From contig CAVVJT010000007.1 of the NCBI GenBank assembly GCA_963748625.1, positions 704,001 to 768,000 of the forward strand: 64,000 bases of DNA, given 5' to 3'. Shown in pieces: positions 39,657 to 49,679 of the stretch; the first letter of the stretch is position 1; each line of letters begins with the position of its first letter. This DNA comes from an uncultured Chloroflexia bacterium (lineage in GTDB: Bacteria > Chloroflexota > Limnocylindria > Limnocylindrales > CSP1-4). The translations under genes were made by a program, and so were the position numbers. The notes under the pieces were generated by a model, which saw nothing but the letters and a program-made list of their open reading frames with translations, was not told the origin of the DNA and did not search any database.

Positions 39657-40819
39657 CTATCCCAGCCGGATGCCCTCGACCTCGAGCCCGCCGCCGTGCG
39701 GCAGCTTGCTCCAGCTCCGGCGCTCCCACTCCTCCTTGAGAACCTCTTCCGCGGCCTTCTCGAGGAACTCCGGACGCGCCCACTCGTTCACGTCGAAGTC
39801 GTTCTTGATGTAGCCGTGGCTGAACATGAAGTCCTTGCCGATCTTGATCGTCTGCAGGTTCCGGGCACTCAGGCTCGGCACCATGTCGACGTCCTTGATG
39901 CCCTGGTACGTGTCCTCGGCATCGAGGTAGAAGGTCTGGCGGTTGAGGATGGCGCCCGCGGCGTGCTTGTTGTCGTTCGCCCAGCGCCCGACCTTGATCA
40001 TGGCCTTCATGTAGGCGACGACCAGCTCGGGATGCTCGTTGGCCATCACGTCGGTGCAGGTGATGACGGCCGGCGTGTTGGCCACCTGGACCGCGCCAGT
40101 CCGGGATACCGGGACAGGTCCTCGATCATCGCCAGCTGGCCGGTGGCCTCCTGGATGTGCTGGAACACCTTGCTCTGGGTGTAGATCGCGTCGACGACGC
40201 CGGCGAGCAGTGCCTTCTCCAGCGGGCGGAAGGCGTAGTCGTGCTTGTGGTCACGCGCGCATCCACGTCTCGGACGGGTTGTTCATGGGCGTCGAGCATC
40301 TCGGGCTTGTCGTACCAGTCGTCCGGGTACGGGAACTCGACGAGCTCGATGTCGTCCATGGTCATGCCGTTGAGCATGAGCATGTTCTCGATGCCCATGT
40401 GCTCCTGGATCCGCCACCAGTCGTTCTTGATGGTGTTCAGGCTCTTCGTGATGCCGATCTTCTTGCCCTTGAGATCCTGCATCCGGAACAGCTTGTCGTC
40501 CGCCCGGACGGCCATGCAGCCGCCCTCGTAGACCCAGCGTCGCGCCGAGCAGCACGGTCCGGCGGATGTCGGCGTTGACGGCGATCGGCGGATACAGGCC
40601 GCCGAACCGGATCAGGTTGTCCAGGTTGTGGATGTAGTGCGGGTACCAGTTGTTGTCCGGCGAGTGGCGGAAGTAGTCGTACTCGACGCCGATCTTCTTG
40701 AACTCCTCGCGGCACCAGCCCAGCTCCTGGTCCACGTTGTTCGCGGACACCATGGGGCAGTTGGTGAACCAGACCTCGTTCCAGTCGAGCGGAACGGTTG
40801 TCGAAACACGCTCGGTCAC
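39657..40819 (-). CDS. DszB-like desulfinase / SsuA-fold protein, about five single-base insertions
   Basis: WFTNCP, PHY, RFGGLYPP, RTVLLG, DLKGKKIG, DFDVNEWARPEFL; AGGAG RBS; fragments join when extra bases are removed. Confidence 0.75.
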
Positions 40820-40880
40820 GTTGGCTCCTCGCTGAGCGGATGCTCCCGGCTGCTCGCGCAGCCCTTGGACGTCATGCCCG

Positions 40881-40925
40881 AGTCTCCGCGTGCGGCCGGC
40901 GTCCGGCATCGCACGATGCGTGGTA
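40881..40925 (-). promoter_or_regulatory. Candidate activator box, site 5 (degenerate)
   Basis: TCGCAC-GATGC-GTGGTA at 40909-40925 with TGCCGG flank; GAGACT 22 bp away. Confidence 0.45.
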
Positions 40926-40976
40926 TTCGCAGGCCATCTGCGATCTGTGCCCATTCGGCGTCGGCCGGTCCGGAGG

Positions 40977-43679
40977 TCAGACCAGCGGCGCGATGTCCGG
41001 CGGCGCGAGCAGGAGGTTGATGACCTCGGCCGTCCAGCCGGTCTGGTGCATGGCGCCCAGGCCAGCGCCGGTCTCACCGTGCAGGTACTCCGGGAACCAC
41101 AGCAGGTCCCGCCACGCGGGGTCGGCGTTGACCAGTGGGTTGTCGCCGTGCACGGGGCGCCGCCCATCGGGGCCGGGCAGCCAGAGGGAGATCAGCCGCT
41201 CGGAGAGGTCGCTGGCGATCTCGGCGAGCGTGAGGTGGTGGCCCGACCCGGTGGGGTATTCCACGGTGAAGTCATCGCCCAGGAACCGGTGGTAGCGCAC
41301 CAGCGCCGGGATGATCATCACGTTGAGCGGCATCCAGACCGGCCCGCGCCAGTTGGAGTTGCCGCCGTACATGCCGGTGCGTCCCTCGGCCGGCTCGTAC
41401 TCGATCCTCGCCTCCGGGTAGCCCGGGACCTCGTACGGGACCTGGTGCTTCTTGGACAGCGACCGGAGACCGTGCGGCGAGAGGAAGCCGTCCTCGTCGA
41501 ACAGCGACGCGAGCGCCTCGCGCAGCTCGGCTGGGCTGAGCACCGACAGCAGGATCCGGTCCCCGCCCGGCGCAAACCGCACGTGCTGGGAGCGGGCGTT
41601 GTCCGTGCCGCGGTCAAGGAGCCGGTTGAACCGGTGGCGGAGGCGCCGCGCCTGGTCCGCGTCGGCTGTGCGCAGGACCACCGCCGGCAGGAGCGCGATG
41701 GCCCCCACGAGCGTCTGCACGCGGATCGGGATGGATCCATCGGGCGTCTCGAGGCGGTCGTAGAACCAGCCGTCGTCCGGGTCGCGCAGGCCGGTCCGCT
41801 CGATCGCCTCCGTGATGAGCAGGTACTGCTCCACGAACTTGACGACCATGTCCTCGTAGACCGGGTTGTGCTCAGCGAGCACGCGTGCCATGGCCAGCAT
41901 CGTGAGCGTGTACATCGCCATCCATGCCGTGCCATCCGCCTGGGAGAGGCGCACGCCGGGCGGAAGGGATGACCGGTCGATGGGGCTGATGTTGTCCAGG
42001 CCGAGGAACCCGCCGCCGAAGACGTTGTTGCCGTCGGGGTCCTGGCGGTTCAGCCACCACGTGAAGTTGAGCAGCAGCTTCTGGAAGACCCGCTCGGCGA
42101 ACTCAAGGTCGGTTCCGCCGTCGATCTTGAACACGCGGGCCGCGGCGTTGGCGTGGACGGGCGGGTTGACGTCGTCGAAGTTCCACTCGTAGGCGGGCAG
42201 GGCGCCGTTGGGGTGCATGAACCACTCGCGCAGCAGCACGAGCAGCTGGTACTTCGCGAACGCCGGGTCGAGGTGCGCCCATGCCACGGCGTGGAACGCG
42301 AGGTCCCAGGCCGCGAACCACGGGTACTCCCACGGGTCGGGCATGGCGAGGATGTCGTGCGCGTCGAGGTTGCGCCAGTGTGCGTTCCGCCCTGACGCAT
42401 GGCCGGGTGGCGGCTTCGGCATCGCCGGGTCACCGTCCAGCCATTCGGCGACCTTGTACGGATAGAACTGCTTGCTCCAGATCAGGCCCGCGGACGCCTG
42501 GCGGAGGATGCGCATGCGCTCATCGTCCAGGCGGCCGCCGGCCAGCGCACCGTAGAACTCGTCGGCGTCGGCCTGGCGCTTCGCGACGGTGTCGGTGAAG
42601 CGGGTGCCCGCCCAGGCTGCAGGGACTGCCGGCGCTGCGGGCGCGAGGGCACCACCGCCGCTGCCTTCATGCGCGCCGGACGCGCGGTGCAGCCGGAGCC
42701 GCAGCTGCGTGCGGCCGCCACCGGGCACGGTGGCCTGGTACCACCAAGCGGCCTTCGAGCCCGTCATCGCCGGGTTCACCGTGGACGCGCCCGCGACCAC
42801 GTGGTCGTTGATGCCGTCCTTGGGGAACGGCGTGACGGACGGGCTCCCGTACAGGCGGGCGGCGTTCGTCTCGTTGTCGCAGAACACCGCAGCGGGCATG
42901 CCACCGTCACCGGGGAGCGGTGCCGCTTCCAGGCGGTATCCGGTGAGGCCCGGGTGATGGACCGTGATCGCGTCGCCGTCCAGCGCGAGCGACGGGACCC
43001 CCGCGGAGCCCGACCAGCGCCACGCGTTGTGGAACCAGAGCGTGGGCAGGACATGCAGCGTGGCCTCGTCCGGACCCTGATTGACAATGTCCACCTGGCA
43101 CAGGATCTCGGTGGGCGACGCCTTCGCGTACGTCACCTCCACGATCCAGTAGCGGCCGTCGTCGAAGACACCCGTGTCCTGGAGCTCGTACTCGGGCTGC
43201 AGCCGGTCGCGGCGGCCGTTCTCGGCAACGAGGTCCGCGTACGGGAACTCCGCCTGCGGATAGTGATAGCGCCACCGGAGCAGGGCATGGCTGGGCAGGC
43301 CCTCGAGGTACCACCAGCACTCCTTGACGTCCTCGCCGTGGTTGCCCTCGGGGCCGGTGAGGCCGAACATCCGCTCCTTGAGGATCGGGTCCCGGCCGTT
43401 CCAGAGCGCGAGGGCCAGGCACAGCTGGTGGCGGATGTCGGAGATCCCGGCCATGCCGTCCTCGTTCCAGCGGTAGGCGCGGGATCGGGCGTGGTCGTGC
43501 GGGAAGGAAGCCCAGGCGTTGCCGTCGGCGCTGTAGTCCTCGCGCACCGTGCCCCAGGCACGCTCCGAGAGGTACGGACCCCACTCGTACCAGTGGTTGG
43601 CGTCGAACAGGCCGTCCTCAGCCCTGCCCGTCGCCTCCGCCAGGCGGCGGTGCTCTGCGGTGTCGTGCGGCAGGCTCAC
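40977..43679 (-). CDS. MGH1-like glycoside hydrolase (GH63-like)
   Basis: WGPYLSERAWGTVREDYS, GNHGEDVKE, MPDPWEYPWFAAWDLAFH, NSNWRGPVW, HQTGWT. Confidence 0.92.
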   Translation of the reverse strand: MSLPHDTAEHRRLAEATGRAEDGLFDANHWYEWGPYLSERAWGTVREDYSADGNAWASFPHDHARSRAYRWNEDGMAGISDIRHQLCLALALWNGRDPILKERMFGLTGPEGNHGEDVKECWWYLEGLPSHALLRWRYHYPQAEFPYADLVAENGRRDRLQPEYELQDTGVFDDGRYWIVEVTYAKASPTEILCQVDIVNQGPDEATLHVLPTLWFHNAWRWSGSAGVPSLALDGDAITVHHPGLTGYRLEAAPLPGDGGMPAAVFCDNETNAARLYGSPSVTPFPKDGINDHVVAGASTVNPAMTGSKAAWWYQATVPGGGRTQLRLRLHRASGAHEGSGGGALAPAAPAVPAAWAGTRFTDTVAKRQADADEFYGALAGGRLDDERMRILRQASAGLIWSKQFYPYKVAEWLDGDPAMPKPPPGHASGRNAHWRNLDAHDILAMPDPWEYPWFAAWDLAFHAVAWAHLDPAFAKYQLLVLLREWFMHPNGALPAYEWNFDDVNPPVHANAAARVFKIDGGTDLEFAERVFQKLLLNFTWWLNRQDPDGNNVFGGGFLGLDNISPIDRSSLPPGVRLSQADGTAWMAMYTLTMLAMARVLAEHNPVYEDMVVKFVEQYLLITEAIERTGLRDPDDGWFYDRLETPDGSIPIRVQTLVGAIALLPAVVLRTADADQARRLRHRFNRLLDRGTDNARSQHVRFAPGGDRILLSVLSPAELREALASLFDEDGFLSPHGLRSLSKKHQVPYEVPGYPEARIEYEPAEGRTGMYGGNSNWRGPVWMPLNVMIIPALVRYHRFLGDDFTVEYPTGSGHHLTLAEIASDLSERLISLWLPGPDGRRPVHGDNPLVNADPAWRDLLWFPEYLHGETGAGLGAMHQTGWTAEVINLLLAPPDIAPLV

Positions 43680-45181
43680 AGGGTCTCCTCGCGCTGGTCA
43701 TCCGGGACAGGACGGATCGAGAACAGGTGTGATCCCCAGGCGGGGAGCTCGACGTAGAGCCCGTCGAGCAGGGCGTCGGCGTCGCGCTGGTAGGTGGTGT
43801 CATGGACGGGGTCGTGGAGCTCGAGGGTGGACCCGCGGAGGGACGTCCACGCTGCGGGCGCGACGACGTGGCCCGCGGCGGGCGCGTCACCGAGGTTGAC
43901 GACGATCAGCCAGCGCTCACGAGCGTCCGCGGCCTCCCAGGACCAGGCGACCAGCTGCGCCCAGTGTTCGTTGCCCGGCCAGCCGGAACGATGGCACAGC
44001 GACCAGCTGCCGCCCCGGAGCGCCGGATCGCCGACCACCGCGAGCAGGCGCCGGTACCAGGCCGCCAGGTCCTGGTCCTGTGCCTCGTGCGGGAAGCGCC
44101 CAAGGAACACGGGCAGCCGGACGCGACGGCCCTCGAGCTGGCCGTCGTGGACGAGCCGCCAGCCGGGCTGCGTCAGCGAGACCACGGCCGCCGCCCGGTG
44201 CTGTTCGGGCGTGAACACGGACGCGGCGCGCGGCTCGTCGTGGTTCTCGATGAACCTGACCAGGTGGTGCTGGTAGTCCAGGTCGGCGCAGAGATGGAGC
44301 CGCACCGGCTCCGCGTCGCCGGAGCGCAGCCGGTCGTAGAGGCGCTTGTCATAGCAGGCGTCGAAACCCAGCCGCTGGAGCCGCCACTCGAGGTCCCAGT
44401 AGGCCTCGGCGATGAAGACCGCGTCCGGATGGGCGACCCGGGCAGCGTCGAGAACGTCCGTCCAGTACTCAGTCTGGGGGGTCGGCCCGACCCGGTCGCC
44501 CCACGTGCCCGCGAACACGTCGTTGAGCATGAGCATGGCCATGTCGGCGCGGACGCCGTCGCACTGGTCGAGGATGCCGATCAGTGTCGCCGCGGCGGCC
44601 TCGCGCAGCGCCGGCGAGAACGCGTCGACCTGGACGACGTCGTGCCAGGCGGGGAAGTACGGGTCCCGCCCGCAGGCGAGCACGCGTTCGCCCACGCGCA
44701 CGAAGGATGCGGGATCGCGGGCGAAGTCCTCCGCGGAGCCCTCGATACAGCGGCCCTGCGGGTCCAGTGCCCAGGCGTGATCGGGCGCGACATGGTTGGG
44801 CACGAAGTCGAGGAGCAGCCGGATCCCGCGCTCGGCGAGCGCGCGGCGGGCATGGGCGAGGCCGGCCGGTCCACCGAGGCGGTCGTCGACGGTGTACTCG
44901 CGGATGCAGTAGGCACTGCCCACCACGTCGGCGTCCCCCAGGTCCGGCAGTGCCTCCCGGAAGCCCGCCACGGTCGCGGGGTTCGCCAGCGCATCGGCCG
45001 TCCCCGCCGGGCTGCGGCGCCATACGCCCATCAGCCAGACGATGTCGGCGCCGGTTGCGGCGACCTCGTCCCACGTCGCCGCCGGGACGTCGCCAAGCGT
45101 CAGGTCCCGCCCAGCCGCCCGCGCCAGCCGGTCGAGCCACGGCGAGGTGTTGATCTCGTACAGCAGCGGGTTCGCGGACAT
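43676..45181 (-). CDS. Alpha-amylase family (GH13) protein
   Basis: LDFVPNH, DGVRADMA, FIAEAYW, FIENHDE. Confidence 0.9.
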   Translation of the reverse strand: MSANPLLYEINTSPWLDRLARAAGRDLTLGDVPAATWDEVAATGADIVWLMGVWRRSPAGTADALANPATVAGFREALPDLGDADVVGSAYCIREYTVDDRLGGPAGLAHARRALAERGIRLLLDFVPNHVAPDHAWALDPQGRCIEGSAEDFARDPASFVRVGERVLACGRDPYFPAWHDVVQVDAFSPALREAAAATLIGILDQCDGVRADMAMLMLNDVFAGTWGDRVGPTPQTEYWTDVLDAARVAHPDAVFIAEAYWDLEWRLQRLGFDACYDKRLYDRLRSGDAEPVRLHLCADLDYQHHLVRFIENHDEPRAASVFTPEQHRAAAVVSLTQPGWRLVHDGQLEGRRVRLPVFLGRFPHEAQDQDLAAWYRRLLAVVGDPALRGGSWSLCHRSGWPGNEHWAQLVAWSWEAADARERWLIVVNLGDAPAAGHVVAPAAWTSLRGSTLELHDPVHDTTYQRDADALLDGLYVELPAWGSHLFSIRPVPDDQREETL

Positions 45182-45234
45182 GCCTGGCACTCGGCGGCGG
45201 AGGGCGGGTGGAACGGTCGGGTTGCCCCACGCCG

Positions 45235-45307
45235 ACCCTACGACCCGGGGCGGGTCCCGGCATCGCCCATCGCGCGTGATGTCCCGGCGGCGCCGGTCCG
45301 GCAGAGT
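45235..45307. promoter_or_regulatory. Candidate activator box, site 6, centred between divergent -10 elements
   Basis: TCGCCC-ATCGC-GCGTGA at 45263-45279; TAGGGT (minus) and CAGAGT (plus), each 22 bp away. Confidence 0.65.
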
Positions 45308-45379
45308 CGTACACAACGTCCACTTGCGCGGGAAGCCGGCGTCCGCTGCCCCGTTGCTCCACCGCGGAGACCTGCCTCC

Positions 45380-46799
45380 ATGACATCACCTGCCCGCACC
45401 CCACCCGGCACGACCGCCGACGCCCTGGTGATCTTCGGCATCACCGGCGACCTGGCCCGGGTCATGACGTTCCGTTCCCTCTACCGTCTCGAGCGGCGTG
45501 GGCTGCTCGACTGCCCGGTCGTCGGCGTCGCGTCCCGCCCGTGGACGATCGAGCAGCTCGTGGAGCATGCACGGACGGCGATCATCGCCACAGGCGAGCC
45601 GCTTGACGAGGCGGTCTTCGCGCGCCTGGTCGCCCGCCTCTCGTACCTCTCGGGCAACTTCGAGGATCCCGACACGTACCTGCGGCTGCGCCGGGCGACC
45701 CGCGGTGCCGTTCGCCCGGTCCACTACCTCGAGATCCCGCCTGCATTGTTCGGGACGGTCGTGCGCGGGCTGTCGGAAGCGGGTCTGACCACGGGTGCCC
45801 GGATCATCATCGAGAAGCCGTTCGGGACGGACCTGGCATCCGCGAAGGCCCTCGCGGCGGAGCTCCACCAGTACCTGGACGAGTCGCAGATCTACCGGGT
45901 GGACCACTACCTGGGGAAGATGGGCCTCGAGGAGATCCTGTTCCTGCGCTTCGCGAACACGATGCTGGAGCCGGTGTGGAACCGCAACTACATCGCAGTG
46001 CGTGCAGATCACGATGGCCGAGGATTTCGGCGTCGAGATGCGCGGGAAGTTCTACGACCCGGTCGGCGCCCTGCGCGATGTCGTCGTGAACCACCTGATG
46101 CAGGTCGTGGCGATGGCCGCCATGGAGGCACCGGCCGGGGGCGACCCGGAGACGCTGCGAACGGCGATCACGACGGTCTTCAAGTCCATCAAGACGGCGG
46201 ACCCGGCGAGGTACGTGCGCGGCCAGTACGACGGGTACCAGTCGATCACCGGTGTGGCCGCAGGCTCCACCACCGAGACCTACGCGGCCATGACGCTCGA
46301 GATCGAGAACTGGCGCTGGTCAGGCGTCCCCTTCCACATCCGGACGGGCAAGCGCCTGCCGGTCACGCAGACCGAGCTGCGGCTCGTGTTCAAGGAGTCC
46401 CCCCGCCTGGGCTTCGGGATCCGTACGGAGCACAACCAGCCGGACCAGCTGGTCCTCCGGATGGATCCGTCCACCGGGGTGAGGCTCATCCTCAACGCGA
46501 AGCGTGCGGACACCCCCACGCCGGACTCGATCGGCCTCGACATGACGTTCGCCGACGAGGGCGGCGAGGGTGCCACCCCGTACGAGGTGCTGCTGCTGGC
46601 CGCGATGCGCGGGGGCAGCGCGCGCTTCGCCCGGCAGGACGGGATCGAGGAGGCGTGGCGGGTCTTCGGACCGCTGATCGACAACCCTCCTCCCGTCCTG
46701 TCATACGCTCCCGGCTCCTGGGGCCCGGAGGCCGCGGATGCCCTCATCGCCGCCAACGGCGGCTGGCGAGAGCCGTGGATCCCGGAGCCCGTCCGGTAG
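45380..46799 (+). CDS. zwf: Glucose-6-phosphate dehydrogenase, frameshifted near 45996
   Basis: [44 protein letters not shown]. Confidence 0.92.
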
Positions 46800-46846
46800 C
46801 GGTCGTCAAGTCTCCAATCACCCTGGACCATCGAGAGGTACCCGTC

Positions 46847-48535
46847 ATGAAGGTCATCATCGTCGGCGGCGTCGCGGGGGGTGCCTCGTGTGCGGCGCGT
46901 CTCCGCAGGCTGGACGAGCAGGCCGAGATCCTCGTCGTCGAGCGCGGCCCGCACATCTCGTACGCGAACTGCGGGCTGCCCTACTACGTCGGCGGCGTGA
47001 TCAAGCGCGAGTCGAGCCTTGTCCTTGCGGATGCAGCGCTGTTCAAGGCCAGCCTGGACGTGGAGGTGCGGACGCGCTGCGAGGCGATGTCGATCTCACC
47101 CGACGCGAAGACGATCGACCTGCGCAACACGGAGACCGGCGAGGTCACGACCGAGCACTACGACAAGCTGGTGCTCTCGCCGGGTGCCACGCCCGTCCGG
47201 CCGGACCTGCCGGGCATCGACCTACCGGGCGTGTTCACCGTCCGCACCGTGCCGGACGTCCATGCGATCAAGGAGTGGCTCGAGGGCAACATCGCCGAGC
47301 CGTCGGGCCTGGACACCTACACCGGCAACCAGACGGTCATGCCCGCACGGCGCGCGGTGGTGGTGGGCGGCGGGTTCATCGGCCTGGAGATGGCGGAGAA
47401 CCTTGTGCACCTGGGCCTCGCGGTGACCCTCGTCCAGCGCGGCGGCCAGCTGATGTCGCCGATGGACCCGGAGATGGCCCGCTACGTGGCGCGCCACGTC
47501 GAGCGCAACGGCGTCCACGTGGCGCTGAACGAGGACGTGACGGGCTTCCGGCCCGCCGAGCACGGCTCGCTCGAGGTCCTCACGGCGTCCGGCAAGGCGA
47601 TCCCGGCCGACATCGTCGTGATGGGCATCGGCGTCCGGCCGGAGACGACGCTGGCGAAGACGGCAGGCATCGCCATCGGCGAGCGCGGCGGCATCCTGGT
47701 CGACGAGCACCAGCGCACGAACGTGCCCGACATCTTCGCCGTGGGTGATGCCGTCGAGGTCCGGGACCACGTCACCGGCGCCCAGTCGCTCGTGGCGCTC
47801 GCGGGACCGGCGAACCGCCAGGGCCGGATCGCGGCCGACGTGATCGCAGGGCGGGACTCCTCCTTCCGCGGCACGCAGGGCACGGCGATCGTGGGGCTCT
47901 TCGGCGGGGCTGCCGGCTGGACCGGCGCGAGCGAGAAGGCGCTCCGCCGCGCCGGCGACACCGACTACGAGAAGATCTACCTCTTCCCCAACTCGCATGC
48001 GGGCTACTACCCGGGCGCACAGTTCCTCGCCATGAAGGTGCTGTTCCGCAAGTCCGACGGGCGTCTGCTGGGCGCCCAGGCCGTGGGCCTCGACGGCGTC
48101 GACAAGCGGATCGACGTCTTCGCCATGGCGCTCCAGATGGGCGGCACGGTCTACGACCTCGAGGAGGCCGAGCTCACCTATGCCCCCCAGTTCGGCAGCG
48201 CGAAGTCACCGGTGAACTTCGCCGGCATGGTGGCCGCCAACGTCCTGCGCGACGACATGCCGGTGACCCACTGGAGCGCCGGCGGCGATGCCTTCCTGCT
48301 CGATGTGCGCGCACCAGCGGAGCTGGCGGTGGAGCACGTCGATGGCGCGGTCAACATCCCGCTGGCCCAGCTGCGGGCCCGGCTGGACGAGCTGCCGCGC
48401 GATCGCGAGATCCACGTGATCTGCCGGTCCGGGCAGCGCGCCTACTACGCGACCCGGGTCCTGCTCCAGGCCGGCCTCCGGGCACGGGTCCTGTCGGGCG
48501 GAATGCTGGCACGGGAGGCGCAGCTGCCAGGCTAG
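46847..48535 (+). CDS. CoA-disulfide reductase-like flavoprotein with C-terminal rhodanese domain (CoADR-RHD/Npsr-like)
   Basis: GGVAGG, SYANCGLP, GGGFIG, YAPQF, ICRSGQRA. Confidence 0.9.
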   Translation: MKVIIVGGVAGGASCAARLRRLDEQAEILVVERGPHISYANCGLPYYVGGVIKRESSLVLADAALFKASLDVEVRTRCEAMSISPDAKTIDLRNTETGEVTTEHYDKLVLSPGATPVRPDLPGIDLPGVFTVRTVPDVHAIKEWLEGNIAEPSGLDTYTGNQTVMPARRAVVVGGGFIGLEMAENLVHLGLAVTLVQRGGQLMSPMDPEMARYVARHVERNGVHVALNEDVTGFRPAEHGSLEVLTASGKAIPADIVVMGIGVRPETTLAKTAGIAIGERGGILVDEHQRTNVPDIFAVGDAVEVRDHVTGAQSLVALAGPANRQGRIAADVIAGRDSSFRGTQGTAIVGLFGGAAGWTGASEKALRRAGDTDYEKIYLFPNSHAGYYPGAQFLAMKVLFRKSDGRLLGAQAVGLDGVDKRIDVFAMALQMGGTVYDLEEAELTYAPQFGSAKSPVNFAGMVAANVLRDDMPVTHWSAGGDAFLLDVRAPAELAVEHVDGAVNIPLAQLRARLDELPRDREIHVICRSGQRAYYATRVLLQAGLRARVLSGGMLAREAQLPG

Positions 48536-48619
48536 CGTCCCGATCCACTGCTCGCCCGCGGGTTGGGGACGGGCTGCCGGGAGGTCCTCGCCGCCCCGCC
48601 GGGGGGACACGCCTCCATC

Positions 48620-48637
48620 CCCCAGCCATGGGGCGAA
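48620..48637. repeat. Dispersed intergenic motif CCCCAGCCATGGGGCGAA, copy 1
   Basis: Exact 18-bp match to 58002-58019. Confidence 0.7.
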
Positions 48638-48726
48638 ACGGGTCTGGGGCACAAATGGGCGGGCGCCCCCGCGAGGGAGCGCCCGCTTCCGTTTGCACGT
48701 GTGCCGGCGGCGAGGCCCCCGGTTGA

Positions 48727-49641
48727 TCAGAACGGCGTGGGGATGTGGCGCAGCGGATGGGCCGGCGACTCGGGGGTCACGGCGACCTTGCGCTTGGGCA
48801 GCTTGACGGGCTTCTGCTCCAGCGGGGTGTAGGGGATCACGCTCAGCAGGTGGCTGATGATGTTCAACCGGCCCCGCTCCTTGTCGTCCGTGCTGGCGAT
48901 GTGCCACGGCGCCCAGGCCGTGTCGGTCGCCGCCAGCATCGCGTCGCGCGCCTCGCTGTAGTCGTCCCAGCGGGTGTACGACTTGACGTCCATGGGCGTC
49001 AGCTTCCAGACCTTGCGCGGGTCGTTGATCCGGCCCTCCAGGCGGCGGGTCTGCTCGTCGGGGCTGACCTCCAGCCAGTACTTGATCAGGATGATCCCGT
49101 TGTCGACCATGGCCTTCTCGACCGCGGGCGTTTGCTCGAGGAACCGCTCCACCTGTTCGGGGGTGGCGAAGCCCATGACCCGTTCCACGCCCGCGCGGTT
49201 GTACCAGCTGCGATCGAAGATCACGACCTCGCCGGCGGCCGGGAAGTGCGTCATGTAGCGCTGGACGTACATCTGCGACTTCTCGCGGTCGGTCGGCGCG
49301 GGGAGCGCCACGACCCTGAACACGCGGGGGCTCACCCGCTCGGTGATGCGCTTGATGACGCCGCCCTTGCCGGCCGTGTCGCGGCCCTCGAAGACGACGC
49401 AGACCTTGGCACCGGTTGCCTTGACCCATTCCTGGAGCGCGACAAGCTCGCCGTGGAGGCGGCGCATCTCGCGCTCGTACTGCTTCGTTGAGAGCTTCTT
49501 GGGACCGGCGGGGGCGACCTCGCCGGCGGCCTCGGGTGCGTCGGGTGCGTCGGGTGCGTCGGTCGTCGCGGCGACGGCCTCGGGGGTCTCGGCGGACGCT
49601 TCGGACGCCCTGGCGGCCTTCTTGTCCTTCTTCTTGCTCAC
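48727..49641 (-). CDS. ppk2: Polyphosphate kinase 2
   Basis: FEGRDTAGKGG, FDRSWYNRAG, WKLTPMD; GTG start with AGAGGA RBS. Confidence 0.94.
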   Translation of the reverse strand: MSKKKDKKAARASEASAETPEAVAATTDAPDAPDAPEAAGEVAPAGPKKLSTKQYEREMRRLHGELVALQEWVKATGAKVCVVFEGRDTAGKGGVIKRITERVSPRVFRVVALPAPTDREKSQMYVQRYMTHFPAAGEVVIFDRSWYNRAGVERVMGFATPEQVERFLEQTPAVEKAMVDNGIILIKYWLEVSPDEQTRRLEGRINDPRKVWKLTPMDVKSYTRWDDYSEARDAMLAATDTAWAPWHIASTDDKERGRLNIISHLLSVIPYTPLEQKPVKLPKRKVAVTPESPAHPLRHIPTPF

Positions 49642-49679
49642 GATCATGTCCTCTTGCGCTGGTGCGGTGTGATTGACGG

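Noticed and set aside
39657-40819. Programmed frameshifting or a true pseudogene
   Set aside because: No slippery sequences; the same indel pattern affects housekeeping genes such as zwf and amtB
43802-48535. 1577-aa ORF suggesting a Zwf-CoADR fusion
   Set aside because: Produced by antisense read-through plus the zwf indel; zwf ends at 46799 and the flavoprotein has its own RBS and ATG at 46847
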